This document shows, one piece after another, positions 62,681-64,000 of a stretch of DNA of 64,000 nucleotides. Positions within the stretch are counted from its first letter, which is position 1. Every line of letters begins with the position of its first letter. The notes beneath the pieces were generated by a model that ran no database searches, was not told where the DNA came from, and saw nothing but the letters and a program-made list of their open reading frames with translations. The position numbers and the translations under genes were made by a program. Source of the DNA: Alkalispirochaeta sp. (GTDB lineage: Bacteria; Spirochaetota; Spirochaetia; DSM-27196; Alkalispirochaetaceae); the NCBI GenBank assembly GCA_965242725.1, contig CBDESZ010000018.1, positions 224,001 through 288,000 on the forward strand, in the 5' to 3' direction.

Positions 62681-64000
62681 TTAGTTGAAATCCGCCCGTT
62701 CGATCGATTCTATGCGCAGGTGATACCTCGTCTCGTTGATCTCGAAATCGAGAACGTCTCCCACCGAAGCCCTGAGCAGCCGGGCCCCAAGTGGCGACTG
62801 GTAGTTGATCACATTTTCCTTGGGATTTGATTCCCAGGGACCCAGAATCGTGTAGTGAATCTCCTTGTTGGTAAGGAGGTTCGTCATGAAAACGGTCGTA
62901 CCAAATGCAACTTCATCGGTCGTCACATCTCCCGGCTTCACGATGCGCGCCTGCTCAAGCTCGCTCTTGATTCGTGCCGCCCTGTTATTAAGCGATTCCT
63001 GACGTTCCTTGGCCGCCTTGTATTCGGCATTCTCCTTCAGGTCACCGTATTCACGGGCAGTTTCAATTTCCTTGGAGTTCTGGGGAACCTCAACTTCCTG
63101 AAGGTACTTGTATTCTCCCTGTTTCGCCTCGTACATGGAGGGTGTGCAGTAGAGGACCTTTCTGGTGCTCTGTTCCACAATATCTTCGCCGTAAAAGCGG
63201 AAGTCGGGAAAGCGGTTTACGATACGCTGCCTGAGGTCGAGAAGCTGCTTCTGGTCCATCTCCTTTACATCGGAGATGAGGGTGAAAATCCTGCTCACCG
63301 ATTCTTCACTCGCATTGTCGATAAACTCGGGGAGGTTGTTGTCCTTGAAGAGATAACTCTGTACCTGCCGGTTTATCTTGCGATTGAGACTCACGTCTTT
63401 CCGGTTGTCGATATCCCTGAAGGTGAGGTCATAAATATGGACCATCGCGATAAGACGCCGTTCAGGACTGATATTCACTTCATCGAACCACGGGTCGCTC
63501 TCGCAGTTTTTCACGAGCCACACAAAGGTTTCCCGCATGTCCCGATAGTTTTCGTACACGTGACCGATGAAGTCGAGAATGAGCTGCTGTTTCCCATGGC
63601 GATCGAGTTCAAGAAGAACCTCCCGGGAGAGTTGTATCGGCAATACCCTGGCGTAGACCTCGCCCCAGTTCTTGTCCACCTTCCGGACGTTGGAGAGGAA
63701 CTTCTTACGAAGATCCGTTGAATCGATCCTGGAAAAGACCTCTTCGACGTCGTCAATTTCCTGGTAGAGCGTTGCAAAATCAAACTCGAGATCACCCTTC
63801 AGGAACGGAAAACGGTCGACGATGTCGTGCACGACCAGTGCCGATGAGATGACGTACTCATTCACATGGGAAATGTTCCTGAGATAGTTTGAAAAATAGT
63901 CGAACATCTCCCGGAAGAACTCACTGTCGATACCTTCCGTAGCGTCACTGTCGAGGGAGTCGAGAAACTCGTTCATCGTCTTGACGCGGTCAAAAAAGGT
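62681..64000 (-). CDS. greA: Transcription elongation factor GreA, long spirochaete type (5' part outside the window)
   Basis: AREYGDLKENAEYKAAKERQ, VAFGTTV, YTILGPWES, SPLG; long helical N-terminal extension with the frame open to the edge. Confidence 0.95.
   Translation of the reverse strand, partial: TFFDRVKTMNEFLDSLDSDATEGIDSEFFREMFDYFSNYLRNISHVNEYVISSALVVHDIVDRFPFLKGDLEFDFATLYQEIDDVEEVFSRIDSTDLRKKFLSNVRKVDKNWGEVYARVLPIQLSREVLLELDRHGKQQLILDFIGHVYENYRDMRETFVWLVKNCESDPWFDEVNISPERRLIAMVHIYDLTFRDIDNRKDVSLNRKINRQVQSYLFKDNNLPEFIDNASEESVSRIFTLISDVKEMDQKQLLDLRQRIVNRFPDFRFYGEDIVEQSTRKVLYCTPSMYEAKQGEYKYLQEVEVPQNSKEIETAREYGDLKENAEYKAAKERQESLNNRAARIKSELEQARIVKPGDVTTDEVAFGTTVFMTNLLTNKEIHYTILGPWESNPKENVINYQSPLGARLLRASVGDVLDFEINETRYHLRIESIERADFN

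Noticed and set aside
62485..62688. 67-aa ORF filling the HEAT-greA gap
   Set aside because: Pro/Ala/Gly-rich with no SD or family features; the gap is better explained by base-paired structure, though coding cannot be fully excluded.

Overview
A GC-rich, gene-dense core-chromosome segment from a spirochaete, probably a free-living Spirochaeta/Alkalispirochaeta-like organism. The assignment rests on spirochaete-typical gene orders (map-htrA, TP0733-like barrel divergent from folD, smpB/lepB/hemW, tamB-bamA-skp-mutS, rimP-nusA-infB-rbfA-truB-ribF-rpsO-pnp-dut-lptFG) and a very long GreA. It carries purine genes (split purH, guaB-purA-guaA), tmRNA with smpB, ruvCAB-queA, envelope biogenesis genes and a two-gene carotenoid module (lycopene cyclase plus CruF). 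I saw no mobile element, prophage or CRISPR array. Several conserved genes are frameshifted, densely at 1.7-3.9 kb and singly in tamB, crtY, rimP, infB and pnp; these look like assembly indel errors. The most notable observations are an unexplained ~175-nt highly base-paired intergenic element between the HEAT-repeat gene and greA, a recurring sigma70 promoter placed directly on start codons (candidate leaderless mRNAs), and homologues of treponemal surface proteins. All calls come from reading motifs by eye; no searches were run.
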